Source: Hormiphora californensis
Lineage: Eukaryota; Animalia; Ctenophora
Direction: 5' to 3'
Assembly (NCBI GenBank): GCA_020137815.1
Contig: CM035357.1
Span: 124,001-188,000 of the forward strand
DNA: 64,000 nucleotides
The position numbers and the translations under genes were made by a program. Numbering within the stretch: position 1 is the stretch's first letter; the number at the start of each line of letters is the position of its first letter. The notes under the pieces are model-generated. The model saw nothing but the letters and a program-made list of their open reading frames with translations, had not been told where the DNA came from and ran no database searches. Of this stretch, positions 39,515-64,000 are shown piece after piece.

Positions 39515-40279
39515 CAACCCTCGTGCTAAAAGAACTCGCAACTTCTCAAACAGAAAACTCAACGTAAAACTGAGAAAAGGTTTTACTAATTATTTACAAT
39601 CTAAGAGTAAATTAGATCGTTAATCCTGCACAAGTCACACAGGAATAATAATAAAAAGGATTAGTTAGCAAAATTTAAACACACACACAGACACACGAAA
39701 ACCTCTGATTTAAAACCATTGAAATTTTGACACATTCTCACCAACTCACACATATCACACTCATTGACACTCATTGACACACACATTGACACACACACAC
39801 AATCGCACGCAATCACACACACACACACAGATCTGTGTTAAAACTGGCTATAATACACGTGAGACAAATTATTGGGACATGTGGGTGATGGATCAGACAT
39901 GTGGGTGATGGATCAGACATGGATGATCCATCATGGATCAAGGGGAGACGTTCCAAGAAGAGAAATTAGGACATTTTAGGTCTGCGTTTAGTCTTTTGGT
40001 CAGACTGAAGATCTGACCATCACAAATGTGTTGTCTCTTCGGAACTACACGACCCTAGTTGGTTTGTTGGTGTATAACATGTTTCCAGAGGCGGAAATAA
40101 ATGGTACTAATCCCTTCATCCCCCTTTGGAATTCCATCACTTCTCCATCACTTATCGGGACATCTCCCCCCTTGATTATACTTGATCAAAACTTTATGAA
40201 TGAAAAATGAACATAACCAATTTAAATTGCCCAAGTATGAGCGAAAAAGAATATATAACATAACCCCACATAGTACTAC

Positions 40280-40545
40280 TGACATGTTATATAGGTAACA
40301 TGTGTGTTTAACATGTGTTAGGGCATGTTAAGACACATGTTATAGGTAACATGTGTTTAACATGTTTTAGGGCATGTTACACATGTTATAGGTAACATGT
40401 GTTTAACATGTGTTAGGGCATGTTATACACATGTTATAGATAACATGTGTATAACATGTTTTAGGACATGTTACACGTCATGTTATATAGGTAACATGTG
40501 TATAACATGTTTTAGGGCATGTTAAGACACATGTTACATGTCATG
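40280..40545. repeat. Degenerate minisatellite rich in palindromic ACATGT
   Basis: Repeated taacatgtgt / acacatgtta units. Confidence 0.85.
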
Positions 40546-41063
40546 TCAGTATTATAACTACCATGCAGGGTGGAAGATAGACAGTTCAACTGGGTATTAG
40601 CAAGGTGGAACCCACTATCATAACAACCCGTAACAACATTGTTCAAAGAATAAGAAGGTGTTATAGATCCTATACAGTCCAAGAATCCTTCAGGAGTCGA
40701 AGAAGTTCCCACTGAAAAGTTCCTATCTGTCTCCTATTGCCCACACTATCTGTCACCTATTGCCCCTAAATTCCGTCCTCCTAATGGCGAACCTGAAAAG
40801 AAAAATTCGATTAGTACTCTCTTGATTATAAGCACGGTGTAGTAATTGTTTGTAGAGAAAAAGGCTGTCAAGTTTGTCTACATTTCATAACTTTTCAACA
40901 CTACTTTAAACAAATTAATTTGAGTTTGCCGTCAATCGTTCCGATAACTGTGTTAGCATCTATTCTCTAATCTTTTAGATCTCTGTTAGGCCTACTTTAA
41001 CTTAACTTCGAGTGATATCAGTGAAGAGTTTGTTGTTGGCCGGCGTGCAACGGGTGTTTTAGG

Positions 41064-42308
41064 ATGACCGTTACGAGTAATTATGACATATGTATCACTA
41101 AGAGTGATTTTGAAGACGTGTTATCAGGAGAAGTATTTAGCAATGATTATAAGGGTAGTGATTTGTTAGTGTGCCTTGAGAGGGGTGACACTGTTTGTCC
41201 GTCGTCTGTCCATAAACCTCAGTTGTGGCATCTTCTCAAAGCCTGCTACAGTATGCTTCCGGCGTCGGCACCGTTTTCTGTTCCTGGAGACCAAACTGAC
41301 CTGAAGGAGTCGTTTGCAAAGCTGCACAAAGATCTGGTTTCGACTATCTCTGCTTTGGTCAAGCCTGTGGAGAATGGTAGAAGTGATATTGGTGGTGGTG
41401 GTGATCCAGAGGAACCGGTTACACCTACGATGAAACACTATGTGAATATTAAAACTGGCATCAATGAGGAAGGAGGGTCAGGATTCTGTGCGAAGAAGTG
41501 GACTGATGAGGTCAAACCCAAAGTGGAAACTGCGTTGAAGACGATACCGGTGGTGAGATCCAGAGTGAACAGTGACCATACTCGACTGTATTTCCCTAAT
41601 GAGGACCAGATGAAGGAAGCGGAGAAAGTGTTGACTCCTCTTGCACAGGACTGCTCCATGTCATTCTTCTCAGAGGAGGCCAAGAAACTTGAACCAAAGG
41701 TGACGATTAATGATTTGAACCCTGAACTACTGGAAAAGGAGACTATCCTGGCAGCAATTTTGGACAAAAATGAGGATATCAGAAAGCTTTATCATGAGGA
41801 TAAGAAGTTGAAAGTGGTGTTTGTGAGCGAGAGAGACAGGTATGCAGTGATCCAGATGGCTCCAGAGATCCGGAGGCTTTTGTCTAACAACGGTGATAAA
41901 CTCAACCTAGGTCTTCGACAACATTTTGTCAAGAACAGGTATCATGTGATTCAATGCTATCACTGTCAAGGATACGGACATATAGCAGGCTCGATCTACT
42001 GTCCTCAGAAGGAAAACCCTGTGTGCTGCTTTTGTGCTGGAACACACCAGACAAAGGACTGTAGGGCAAAGAAGAACAACGAGACTGGTAAGATGAAGTG
42101 TGTGAACTGTGCGGTTGGAGGATCAAGAGAAGACAAGAAGTATGCGAGGACCCATACAGCTTCTAGTATGTGGTGTCCCTCGTACATCAATGAACGAGCA
42201 CGGCTTATGGAGAGGACGTCAGGTGTAAGCAAAGAAGAAAAAAACCTGTACTGGACGAGGACAAAGGAGGAACTACACAGGAAAAGACTTGGAAGATTGG
42301 GACACTAA
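41064..42308 (+). CDS. LINE ORF1, gag-like with CCHC zinc knuckles
   Basis: 414-aa ORF with QCYHCQGYGHIAGSIYC, CCFCAGTHQTKDC and CVNC...HTASSMWC. Confidence 0.88.
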   Translation: MTVTSNYDICITKSDFEDVLSGEVFSNDYKGSDLLVCLERGDTVCPSSVHKPQLWHLLKACYSMLPASAPFSVPGDQTDLKESFAKLHKDLVSTISALVKPVENGRSDIGGGGDPEEPVTPTMKHYVNIKTGINEEGGSGFCAKKWTDEVKPKVETALKTIPVVRSRVNSDHTRLYFPNEDQMKEAEKVLTPLAQDCSMSFFSEEAKKLEPKVTINDLNPELLEKETILAAILDKNEDIRKLYHEDKKLKVVFVSERDRYAVIQMAPEIRRLLSNNGDKLNLGLRQHFVKNRYHVIQCYHCQGYGHIAGSIYCPQKENPVCCFCAGTHQTKDCRAKKNNETGKMKCVNCAVGGSREDKKYARTHTASSMWCPSYINERARLMERTSGVSKEEKNLYWTRTKEELHRKRLGRLGH

Positions 42309-44209
42309 ATGTCCGCTCTCTCATTAACAAAACTGGAGGAGTTATTTCGCATCTGGAAGAGGAGGATTGTGATATTTGTCTTATACAGGAAACATTTTTG
42401 AAATCAACAGACACCGGAAAACTTCAAGAAATCAGAGATAATGGATGGGATATTTTCTCGTGCCCCAGAGGAGACAGAGGAGGAGGAGGAATTGGAATCC
42501 TTTTTAGAGATGGCATAGTTCTTCGACAGTGTCCGGTGAAGACTAAGTATAAGTCTTTTCAAGTTCAAGAGGTCCTGATCAGTGACAGAGATCAACCGAA
42601 GAGAATCTGTAATGTCTACCGACCTCCGTACACACCGAAGTCAAGACTTACAGAAGCAACCTTCCTATCGGAGTTTGGTGATTACCTATCCGAGCTTGTT
42701 ATGAAGCAAGGTACAGTTGCGGAATCTCTCCAGAAGGCTATCGTGTTTCCTACCATCAAGAATATGTACGGAGATAGGGAAGCTCTCAGTAACTATCGTC
42801 CTGTCTCAAATATCCCATTCCTTTCTAAGCTCCTAGAAAAGGTGGTGCTCATGCAGCTGAATGAGTACCTTGAAAGCAATTCACTTCTGGGCAAGCATCA
42901 ATCCGGTTATCGTGCTGGTCACAGTTGCGAAACTCTGTTAGCCAGCATGTTTGATGATGTATTAGGTGAGATGGATAAAGGAAATGTTGTAGCTCTGATC
43001 TGTTTGGACATGAGTGCCGCATTTGATACGGTGGATCATGAAAAGTTGTTGGAGGTGTTGCAGAAACGGTTTGGAGTGGATGGTGATCCTCTTCAATGGT
43101 TTAAGAGCTACTTGAGTTCCAGATCTTTTAGAGTCTCAGTTGGTGATTGTTTCTCGGATACCCTAGCCTTACTCTGTGGAGTGCCCCAGGGGTCCCTTCT
43201 TGGTCCAATTTTGTTTCTACTTTACATTGAAGCTGTGCAAGATATTGTGGAACCATATGGACTCCGGATAAAGTTATATGCGGACGACTCCCAGCTCTAT
43301 GTGAGTCTGGTTCCTACGGATTCTACTGGCTGGTCTAGGACAAAGGTTGATATTGAGGAGTGTCTGGCGAAGGTGAAGAGGTGGATGGTGGGACAGTGGT
43401 TGAAGTGTAATGAGGCAAAAACGGAATTCATCCTGCTTGGAAAACGCAGTTCTTTGAGTAAAATCTCTTTCGATCCAGTTATCAACTTTGGAGGAACGGA
43501 AATCTTCCCCAGTGAATGTAGTGGAGCAGATGGGAAAACACTGGGAATACTCTTGGATCACAATCTTAATCTTGAACGACAGGTTAATAATGTGAGGAAA
43601 CAGTGTGGGCTGATACTACGGAATCTCTGGCAGTTACACAGATGTTTTGATACTCAAACGAAGATAATGCTGGTCAAACAATTGATTATATCGAGGATTG
43701 ATTACAGTAATATTCTGTACTGTGGACTTCCGGCCCGAGTTCTTGGTGGGCTCCAGAAAACACTAAACTCCTGTGTACGCTTTATATTCAACATCCATGG
43801 GCATCAAGAGGATTACTTGGAATACTTCAGGCAGTGTCATATTTTACCCATCTCCTACAGACTGGACTTCAAAGCCTGTCTAATCGCTTATAAGATAGTC
43901 TATGGAACAGCACCAGGTTACCTCCAGGAAATGGTACCTCTTGATGAAAGCTGGGGAGTCTCCAGGACAACAAGGATGACTAGTGTTACTGATCCGTACA
44001 GATTAAAACACCCCAAGATGACCAGTATCAATGCCAATTCTAAATTGAGACGTAGGAGACTATCGGTATTTCTGCCTACTATTTGGAATGAGCTACCCCT
44101 CGAGTTAAGGTCGATCCCCAACGTTGATACCTTTAAAGCTCGCCTGAAAACACATCTCTTCGTTGGTGCATTTGGAGTGGGTGATGGGGAACCCATGGCT
44201 GAGTTGTAA
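42194..44209 (+). CDS. LINE ORF2: partial APE endonuclease fused in frame to reverse transcriptase
   Basis: The frame is open from 42194 and encodes GTLNVRSL..DICLIQETFL..RGGGGIG..NVYRPP, then NYRPVSNIPFLSKLLEK, LDMSAAFDTVDH, GVPQGSLLGP, YADDSQLY. The APE GDFN and SDH motifs are absent. Confidence 0.9.
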   Translation, partial: TSTAYGEDVRCKQRRKKPVLDEDKGGTTQEKTWKIGTLNVRSLINKTGGVISHLEEEDCDICLIQETFLKSTDTGKLQEIRDNGWDIFSCPRGDRGGGGIGILFRDGIVLRQCPVKTKYKSFQVQEVLISDRDQPKRICNVYRPPYTPKSRLTEATFLSEFGDYLSELVMKQGTVAESLQKAIVFPTIKNMYGDREALSNYRPVSNIPFLSKLLEKVVLMQLNEYLESNSLLGKHQSGYRAGHSCETLLASMFDDVLGEMDKGNVVALICLDMSAAFDTVDHEKLLEVLQKRFGVDGDPLQWFKSYLSSRSFRVSVGDCFSDTLALLCGVPQGSLLGPILFLLYIEAVQDIVEPYGLRIKLYADDSQLYVSLVPTDSTGWSRTKVDIEECLAKVKRWMVGQWLKCNEAKTEFILLGKRSSLSKISFDPVINFGGTEIFPSECSGADGKTLGILLDHNLNLERQVNNVRKQCGLILRNLWQLHRCFDTQTKIMLVKQLIISRIDYSNILYCGLPARVLGGLQKTLNSCVRFIFNIHGHQEDYLEYFRQCHILPISYRLDFKACLIAYKIVYGTAPGYLQEMVPLDESWGVSRTTRMTSVTDPYRLKHPKMTSINANSKLRRRRLSVFLPTIWNELPLELRSIPNVDTFKARLKTHLFVGAFGVGDGEPMAEL

Positions 44210-45094
44210 TGTTTGTTGTAGTTGTGGGGCCTGCGGGCAATCAGTGTCATCCTCTCTCTAGTCATGTTATTGAATCACTATCTGGTATCCTTTTTTTGAG
44301 CAGGTGTGAGTATAGCGTGTTTAAAATTATATCTACAGGTTTATGGGACCAGTTATTCCCCCAGTTTGATAAGTCCAGTTAATTTGGTTTTCCATATATT
44401 GTCTTTTTCAACCAGAGTTGTTCGTGTGCGATATTTATACTCTAGGATATACCGCTCTGATGACTCGTCGGAACATCGCCAATATTTTGACATGTTTCCG
44501 TCGGGTATGGGCGGTATATAAGTGCGGAATATTATTATTATTATTATTAAGAGCTGTTTGTACCGTGAAGTGTTAGATTCAGTCAGTTTTATTGGTCAAG
44601 ATCACGTAATATCATTGATATAGTCTTGGTGACGTCAGAGAAGCTGTCCTGTCGGGTATACTCTTGTCGTTGTGGTATGTGACCATTAGGTACATGACCA
44701 TTTGGTATGTGACCATTAGATACTCGACCACCACGCGGTTCTGATAGATGGTGTGTACGTCTCAGGGGGTCAAGTAGTAGTGATGATGTTGTTGTAGTTG
44801 GTAATGTCCTAAAGTCTGCAGATCAGGAAGATTTAAAGTCAATTTTAATGGGTTAATAATAAAGTAAACGAGACAGTCGGAAATACAAAAGACCAAATGG
44901 GTAGGGTTATGGTCAGATCAGTCATCAAGAAAGAGTGTGATCCCTAGTGATCCCAGTCATATCTTGTACAACCTACCTATACTAAGCTCCTCAGCTGATG
45001 GTGGGGTAAAGATGGGTGCTCCTATAAACCCAGGAGGATCTGCAGTAAAAATACCAGGACTCGACCGGGCATCTATTGGGAAGGGTTGGATTGG

Positions 45095-59911
<14,817 letters not shown>

Positions 59912-60386
59912 ATCCCTGGGGAAAAGGCACCTTTTTGATAAATCCGTTTGGCTGTCAGTCGGAAGGAAGGCAAATTTTCGCAACGACCGGCCGTTAAGTT
60001 AGTTTTTCAATTCAATTTCAATTCAATACCGTATCAAACAGATTCCAATGTTTTGAATGGATAATTCTATATTCAAAGCAAGGAAAATGTACGGGAAAGC
60101 AGAATTTTACCGTTTGCGGCGATTTCAAAAATCGAAATCGAACATTTGGAGCTCAGATTTTGCGATTCTTAAATTTAAATTTTCGAAATTGTTTACGCGC
60201 GCACAAAGTATCGCGCGCCACACTAATGCATTGTAAGTTGGAAAAATTAGCACATGCCGATATTGTCATCAATTAGGGTCTTGGAAAAGTATAAAAAGTC
60301 ATTTAAATCACTTCAAATCGGAAAATTCTAAAACTTGACAACATCAAATCATTATTTTGTTATTTACAAGGTCTTGGTCCAATTGT

Positions 60387-63300
60387 TCAAATAGCACTAG
60401 AAGTATCTAGAACTGGGGGTGAAATAGCGTCAGAAGGCGTGTATGCGACCATGCCACATCCTCCCCTGTCTGTCTTCATACAAGGAAGGGTGGAGAATTC
60501 CCCTGATGCGGTGTTGAAGCAGTGGACTGTCGTCAACATTGAGCTGTTCTTAATTCCACCTGCCAGAATCACCTGAAGATGAGATAATTGATGTTAATTA
60601 ATTGAACAAATTAATTCGATCATAAAATCCAAATACCAATTCAGTGTCCACATTTCGAATTACCTTTTCATTGAGAACACAGACAGACCGCAAAGTTATC
60701 CCCTCACTCTTAATATTCAGCATCTCCCAAGAGTCACGTTTAGGGTCAAATAGTTCAACAGGAACTGGTCGGTGCTCCACGTCATCATTTTCATGATAAA
60801 TGTTACCTCCAATAACATACATTAGGTCGTTAACCACTGCCATACTGAGGAGGAGGAGGGGGTGTTAGGGACAATATATGTTACCTCCAATAACATACAT
60901 GAGGTCGTTAACCACTGCCATACTGAGGAGGAGGAGGGGGTGTTAGGGACAATATATGTTACCTCCAATAACATACATGAGGTCGTTAACCACTGCCATA
61001 CTGAAGAGGAGGATGGGGGTGTTAGGAAACCACTGTCGAACAGGGACAGATGAATTGGAAATGGACTGGGAAGGGAGAACGGGGGGAGAACTGAGACATC
61101 AAAAAGTAAATCATTACATAATAATCTTCATTTCATGGCTATATCTGTGTGTGAATGTGTATTGCAACTGTGTTAGCATATTATATGTTACCTAAAGAAA
61201 TATCGGCAGGATTCCATAGGTTTCTGAATGTTCCACTGATTTGTATCTGGGTCGTAATATTCCATACTTCTCAGGTAAGTCTTGTCGTTACTCCTTCCAC
61301 CCACCGCGTATATCCTGATATGAAGGTGATATTTGAATGGTTAAGCTAAACCTAAATATTAAATTCCTGGATGAGAAGTGCAAGCTTTCAAAGCATAGAG
61401 TCCTTCGTAATACTCCTGTCTTATACCTGTTTTCTAGTGTGGCAACAGCAGCCCCCGCCCCTACCTGTTTTCTAGTGTCGCAACAGCAGCCCCCGCTCCT
61501 ACCTGTTTTCAAGAGTAGCAACAGCAGCCCCCGCTCTACCTGTTTTCTAGTGTCGCAACAGCAGCCCCCACCCCTACCTGTTTTCTAGTGTGGCAACAGC
61601 AGCCCCCGCCCTACCTGTTTTCAAGAGTAGCAACAGCAGCCCCCGCTCCTACCTGTTTTCTAGTGTCGCAACAGCAGCCCCCGCCCCTACCTGTTTTCTA
61701 GTGTCGCAACAGCAGCCCCCGCCCCTACCTGTTTTCTAGTGTGGCAACAGCAGCCCCCGCCCCTACCTGTTTTCAAGAGTAGCAACAGCAGCCCCCGCCC
61801 CTACCTGTTTTCTAGTGTCGCAACAGCAGCCCCCGCCCCTACCTGTTTTCTAGTGTAGCAACAGCAGCCCCCGCCCCTACCTGTTTTCAAGAGTAGCAAC
61901 AGCAGCCCCAGCCCTACCTGTTTTCTAGTGTCGCAACAGCAGCCCCCGCCCCTACCTGTTTTCAAGAGTAGCAACAGCAGCCCCCGCCCCTACCTGTTTT
62001 CAAGAGTAGCAACAGCAGCCCCCGCCCCTACCTGTTTTCTAGTGTCGCAACAGCAGCCCCCGCCCCTACCTGTTTTCAAGAGTAGCAACAGCAGCCCCCG
62101 CCCCTACCTGTTTTCAAGAGTAGCAACAGCAGCCCCCGCCCCTACCTGTTTTCTAGTGTGGCAACAGCAGCCCCCGCTCTACCTGTTTTCTAGTGTGGCA
62201 ACAGCAGCCCCCGCCCTACCTGTTTTCTAGTGTGGCAACAGCAGCCCCCGCCCCTACCTGTTTTCAAGAGTAGCAACAGCAGCCCCCGCCCCTACCTGTT
62301 TTCTAGTGTAGCAACAGCAGCCCCCGCCCCTACCTGTTTTCTAGTGTGGCAACAGCAGCCCCCGCCCCTACCTGTTTTCTAGTGTGGCAACAGCAGCCCC
62401 CGCCCTACCTGTTTTCAAGAGTAGCAACAGCAGCCCCCGCCCTACCTGTTTTCTAGTGTGGCAACAGCAGCCCCCGCCCCTACCTGTTTTCTAGTGTGGC
62501 AACAGCAGCCCCCGCCCCTACCTGTTTTCTAGTGTGGCAACAGCAGCCCCCGCCCCTACCTGTTTTCTAGTGTAGCAACAGCAGCCCCCGCCCCTACCTG
62601 TTTTCTAGTGTGCAACAGCAGCCCCCGCCCCTACCTGTTTTCAAGAGTAGCAACAGCAGCCCCCGCCCCTACCTGTTTTCTAGTGTAGCAACAGCAGCCC
62701 CCGCCCCTACCTGTTTTCTAGTGTAGCAACAGCAGCCCCCGCCCCTACCTGTTTTCAAGAGTAGCAACAGCAGCCCCCGCCCCTACCTGTTTTCTAGTGT
62801 GGCAACAGCAGCCCCCACCCCTACCTGTTTTCTAGTGTAGCAACAGCAGCCCCCGCCCCTACCTGTTTTCTAGTGTCGCAACAGCAGCCCCCGCCCCTAC
62901 CTGTTTTCTAGTGTGGCAACAGCAGCCCCCGCCCCTACCTGTTTTCTAGTGTGGCAACAGCAGCCCCCGCCCCTACCTGTTTTCAAGAGTAGCAACAGCA
63001 GCCCCCGCCCCTACCTGTTTTCAAGAGTAGCAACAGCAGCCCCCGCCCCTACCTGTTTTCTAGTGTAGCAACAGCAGCCCCCGCCCCTACCTGTTTTCAA
63101 GAGTAGCAACAGCAGCCCCCGCCCCTACCTGTTTTCTAGTGTAGCAACAGCAGCCCCCGCCCCTACCTGTTTTCTAGTGTAGCAACAGCAGCCCCCGCCC
63201 CTACCTGTTTTCTAGTGTAGCAACAGCAGCCCCCGCCCCTACCTGTTTTCTAGTGTTGCAACAGCAGCCCCCGCCCCTACCTGTTTTCAGTAGTAGCAAC

Positions 63301-64000
63301 AGCAGCCCCCGCCCCTACCTGTTTTCTAGTGTGCAACAGCAGCCCCCGCCCCTACCTGTTTTCTAGTGTAGCAACAGCAGCCCCCGCCCCTACCTGTTTT
63401 CTAGAGTAGCAACAGCAGCCCCCGCCCCTACCTGTTTTCTAGTGTCGCAACAGCAGCCCCCGCCCCTACCTGTTTTCTAGTGTAGCAACAGCAGCCCCCG
63501 CCCCTACCTGTTTTCTAGTGTAGCAACAGCAGCCCCCGCCCCTACCTGTTTTCTAGTGTGCAACAGCACCCCCCCCCCCCTACCTGTTTTAGTGTAGCAA
63601 CAGAGCCCCCCGCCCACCTTTTATGTGCAACAGCGCCCCCCCTCCTTTTTCTAGAACAACAGCACCCCCGCCCCTCTTTTCTAGTGTGGAACCAGCCCCC
63701 GCCCCACCTGTTTCAAGTAGCAACAGCAGCCCCCCCCCACCTTTTATAGGTGCAACAGCAGCCCCCACCCCTACTGTTTAGGGCAACACAGCCCCCCCCC
63801 TACTGTTTTCAAGAGTAGCAACAGCAGCCCCCCCCCTACCTGTTTTCAAGAGTAGCAACAGCAGCCCCCCCCCCCTGTTTTCTAGTGTCGCAACAGCGCC
63901 CCCCCCTCCCCGTTTTAAGGTGGCAACAGCGCCCCCCCCTCCCTTTTTTTAGGTGAAAAACACCCCCCGCCCCTTTACGTTTTCTAGTGTGCAAAAGCAG
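60387..64000 (-). CDS. Kelch-repeat (KLHL-like) protein, 3' part only
   Basis: Exons 61314-61192, 60844-60664 and 60572-60387 give RIYAVGG..MEYYDPDTNQW..R, LMYVIGG..VELFDPKRDSW and VILAGG..VHCFN..R..CGMV. The preceding exon end (VGAGAAVATLENR) is the unit of the 38-bp array. Confidence 0.85.
60800..61012 (-). repeat. 78-bp triplication of a Kelch acceptor plus the first ~45 nt of the exon
   Basis: Acceptor AG at 60845-46 (real), 60923-24 and 61001-02. Confidence 0.92.
61424..64000 (-). repeat. 38-bp satellite (~65-70 copies, runs off the window) made of a Kelch exon end plus donor
   Basis: Minus-strand unit gtaggggcgggggctgctgttgccacactagaaaacag; period 38 (e.g. 62105 and 62143). Confidence 0.95.

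Larger units (their letters stand above)
40830..44548 (+). mobile_element. CR1/L2-group non-LTR retrotransposon, internally deleted; 5' boundary approximate
   Basis: ORF1 + ORF2 (APE N-terminus, RT), a 3' UTR and an (ATT)n tail at ~44529-44548. No convincing TSD seen. Confidence 0.9.

Noticed and set aside
40028-40792. Possible minus-strand exons between TRP and the LINE
   Set aside because: Short open frames with splice-like ends but no recognisable homology; cannot be supported.
61424-64000. GCAAC half-sites in the Kelch satellite as X-boxes
   Set aside because: They derive from Val-Ala codons and lack the full palindromic motif.

Overview
Intron-rich animal genomic DNA with many microsatellites. 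It is most likely a ctenophore (Pleurobrachiidae-like); this is inferred from the GPCR style and a 109-bp inverted-repeat element I recall from Pleurobrachia sequence, and is not verified. Plus strand: the 3' part of a single-pass Cys-rich (ephrin-receptor-like repeat) membrane protein gene, then UTP23. The rest is a co-oriented minus-strand run: a Kelch-repeat gene (partial), a HELZ/HELZ2-like zinc-finger SF1 RNA helicase, a TRPC-like channel, IQCB1/NPHP5 and BBS2, with an intronless GPCR nested in a BBS2 intron. Mobile elements: an internally deleted CR1/L2-type LINE, an ORF1-only retroelement, a Harbinger-type MITE and a 109-bp MITE. Most notable observations: (1) Splice junctions in almost every multi-exon gene are tandemly duplicated (2 to ~68 copies), and the copies differ almost only at synonymous positions of the exon frame. 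(2) RFX X-box motifs are amplified into minisatellites in introns of the two ciliary genes. (3) The HELZ-like helicase appears to carry a PABC/MLLE domain. (4) The LINE has a candidate -1 frameshift site. (5) Splice acceptors sit directly before start codons, suggesting SL trans-splicing or operon-like organisation. All exon models were built by eye, and some stretches (about 14150-15360 and 63540-64000) look like low-quality assembly.
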